Positions 62,279 through 64,000 of a stretch of DNA of 64,000 bases are shown one piece after another. Under the pieces are notes generated by a model. It did not search any database and had not been told where the DNA came from. It saw nothing but the letters and a program-made list of their open reading frames with translations. The position numbers and the translations under genes were made by a program. The stretch is from Gemmatimonadaceae bacterium (lineage in GTDB: Bacteria > Gemmatimonadota > Gemmatimonadetes > Gemmatimonadales > Gemmatimonadaceae), in contig JANNVN010000123.1 of NCBI GenBank assembly GCA_031414435.1, positions 1,158 to 65,157 of the forward strand. Reading direction: 5' to 3'. Position 1 is the stretch's first letter, and each line of letters starts with the position of its first letter.

Positions 62279-62525
62279 TCAGTCAGCGAGAGCGGCGGCT
62301 TCATCGTTTGTCGCGAGACCAGGAAACACTGTGGCTGAGATTCGCATAGCAGGTACAAGCGGTCGCACGCTCGTCGCGTCGCCACGCTTCGATGATCGTC
62401 TTGGCGTGTTCGAGCGCCTGGTGGTAGAACTGCGTACGTCGCCTTTCGAACCGCTGCGCAGACCAGACGCACCCAGAAGACGCATTGCTGCAATGATTCG
62501 CACGCTCGACGCGCTCCATGCGCAC
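62279..62525 (-). pseudogene. IS3-family (rve-type) transposase C-terminal remnant, frameshifted and truncated
   Basis: The minus-strand frame reads ...RFERRRTQFYHQALEHAKTIIEAWRRD. This matches the conserved ...RFRDE.LN...F.SL.HAR..I.AWR.DYN..RPHS.LG tail of IS3-type OrfB. The expected YN..RPH... continues only after a -1 shift (TSVRPLVPAMRISATVF). No catalytic core lies upstream, because the GGDEF gene ends at 62535. Confidence 0.45.
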
Positions 62526-62534
62526 GGCCTGCCG

Positions 62535-64000
62535 TCACGCTGACAGGCTTGACACACCGACCATGGCGCGGCCACCGCGCTGCATCCGATGACGCCCCTG
62601 CTCTTTGCCCGCGTACATCGCGGCATCGGCGCGCTTGAGCAATTCATCCGCGGTGTGGCCGTCCAGCGGCGCCAGCGCGTATCCGATCGTGACCCCGACC
62701 TCACAGCGCTGGCCATCTAGGTCGAACGGCGGGTCGAAGACCGCCAGCAGCGCCTGGCCAAGTGCCTGCGCAGCCGTCTCATCCGGCAACCCGCCTGCCA
62801 GCACCACGAACTCGTCGCCCCCCAGGCGCGCCACCACATCCTGGCCCCGCAACTGCGTCTGCAGGCGCTTGCCCACCGCGACCAGCAGGGCGTCGCCTAC
62901 ATCGTGGCCGAAGCGGTCATTCACCGGCTTGAAGCCGTCCAGGTCCATCAGGTAGACCGCCAGCATTCGCTGCGGACCGACGATGTGCAGCGCGGCCGCC
63001 AGGTGCTCGTGCAGGCCGCGGCGATTCGGCAGACCAGTGAGCACATCGGTGTGTGCCAACGTACGCAGGGTTTCGCTTTCGAGGCGGGTACGCTCGGCGT
63101 TCCGGTGGATGTTCTTGACGCGCAGCCCCAGCACCGCCATCCACGCCGACATCTCGACCGTCGTCGAAAACGGATACAGATGTTGTGACCAGAAGGTGGG
63201 TTCCACCATGCCGCGCAGAATGCCGGCCATGGTCAGCGCACCCGCGGAATAGAACGCCCATCCGAACAGCACGTAGCTGGCGACGCGTTCGCCACGCAGC
63301 ACACGAATGGCCGCCGCCGGGACCACCGCGACTGTCACCGCGATACCCAGCACGGTCACCAACGTCTGAGCGCTGCGATAGCCCACCAGCCCCGCCAGTG
63401 TTCCGGCCAGCCCCAGCAGTGCCGCGAAACCGGCACCGCGCAGGATCCAGTCGATGGGTCGGCTGATCTCGACTACAGCCAGTGTCGCGCGGGTGAACCG
63501 TGTTCCGGCAGCGACGGCAACCATGACTCCCATTGGTGCGATCTGCATCGATGCGCGCGGCCAGTCCGGCCAGAGGTACTGGGCCCCGATGCCGAAGTAC
63601 GACAGGGTGAACACCATGTTGCCCGCCAGCAGCAGGGCGTAGTCCAGAAAGACCGCGTCTCGCAGGTTCACCCAGTGCGCCAGGCTGTAGAGCAGCATGC
63701 ACAGCGCGAGGCCGAAGACGATGCCTTGCACCATTTGCACCTGGGACTCGTAGCGCGTGAAACCCTCGGACGTACGCAGGGTGATCGGCAGTAGCACCGA
63801 ACTGAGGGTCTGCACACGCAGCAGCAACTCGTAGTCGCCCGGGGCGAGCAGCAGGGGCGCGGCGTGCGTGCGCGTGGGTAGCGCGCGTTCTGCTTGCACG
63901 AGATGATTGCCCATGGCGTACTGCGACCGCACCACGCCGTTCTGCACTACGTACAGGTCGACCTGATTGAGAGCGGGATAGTCGATCTCCAGCACACGGC
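62535..64000 (-). CDS. 7TMR-DISM sensor diguanylate cyclase (GGDEF); the N-terminus lies beyond the window end
   Basis: The C-terminus reads LTGLPNRRGLHEHL...VYLMDLDGFKPVNDRFGHDVGDALL...ARLGGDEFVVL, a GGDEF active site. It is preceded by 7 hydrophobic helices. The extracytoplasmic LEIDYPALNQVDLYVV...LRVQT segment is typical of 7TMR-DISMED2. The frame is still open at base 64000. Confidence 0.85.
   Translation of the reverse strand, partial: RVLEIDYPALNQVDLYVVQNGVVRSQYAMGNHLVQAERALPTRTHAAPLLLAPGDYELLLRVQTLSSVLLPITLRTSEGFTRYESQVQMVQGIVFGLALCMLLYSLAHWVNLRDAVFLDYALLLAGNMVFTLSYFGIGAQYLWPDWPRASMQIAPMGVMVAVAAGTRFTRATLAVVEISRPIDWILRGAGFAALLGLAGTLAGLVGYRSAQTLVTVLGIAVTVAVVPAAAIRVLRGERVASYVLFGWAFYSAGALTMAGILRGMVEPTFWSQHLYPFSTTVEMSAWMAVLGLRVKNIHRNAERTRLESETLRTLAHTDVLTGLPNRRGLHEHLAAALHIVGPQRMLAVYLMDLDGFKPVNDRFGHDVGDALLVAVGKRLQTQLRGQDVVARLGGDEFVVLAGGLPDETAAQALGQALLAVFDPPFDLDGQRCEVGVTIGYALAPLDGHTADELLKRADAAMYAGKEQGRHRMQRGGRAMVGVSSLSA

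Noticed and set aside
62440-62460. A TTCGAACC motif resembling the reverse complement of a tRNA T-loop.
   Set aside because: The flanking 5-nt arms (tcgcc / ccgct) are not complementary and no acceptor or anticodon stems can be drawn. The motif lies inside the transposase remnant.
1-64000. I scanned for CRISPR arrays, rRNA and tRNA genes, and long identical repeats between PKS modules.
   Set aside because: I saw no regularly spaced repeats and no rRNA- or tRNA-like sequence. Paralogous PKS domains are only about 50-60% identical at the protein level by eye (for example the ER/NADPH blocks of the 26214 and 37207 proteins), so there is no evidence of recent duplication or gene conversion.

Overview
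High-GC (about 68%, judged by eye) bacterial DNA. The flanking genes are an ADOP-type duplicated FtsX permease, a YncE-propeller/phosphoesterase fusion and a DUF1080 protein, which suggests a soil Gemmatimonadota- or Acidobacteriota-like genome. That taxonomic guess is inference only. Bases 1-10.4 kb hold housekeeping and accessory genes: the tail of an AI-2E permease, a lone DUF2384 antitoxin, a permease/HlyD/ATPase ABC efflux operon, two small secreted or lipoproteins, and a 910-aa beta-propeller/phosphoesterase. Bases 11216-58930 form one uninterrupted plus-strand block of 12 genes, almost all joined by 4-nt start/stop overlaps. It encodes a cis-AT type I PKS/NRPS assembly line with 7 PKS modules and 1 NRPS module (about 14,760 aa of megasynthase). 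Also in the block are a tandem pair of non-canonical alpha/beta-hydrolase-fold proteins, a type II thioesterase and an EamA/DMT exporter. The line has no loading module and no cis release domain. It carries three in-line C-methyltransferases. Its docking-domain pattern does not follow gene order. The right flank (58.9-64 kb) holds a decayed amidohydrolase, a lipoprotein, a DUF1080 protein, an IS3-type transposase remnant and a 7TMR-DISM/GGDEF diguanylate cyclase that runs off the window. I found no rRNA, tRNA or CRISPR array. All calls come from reading the supplied translations and the DNA by eye; no searches were run.
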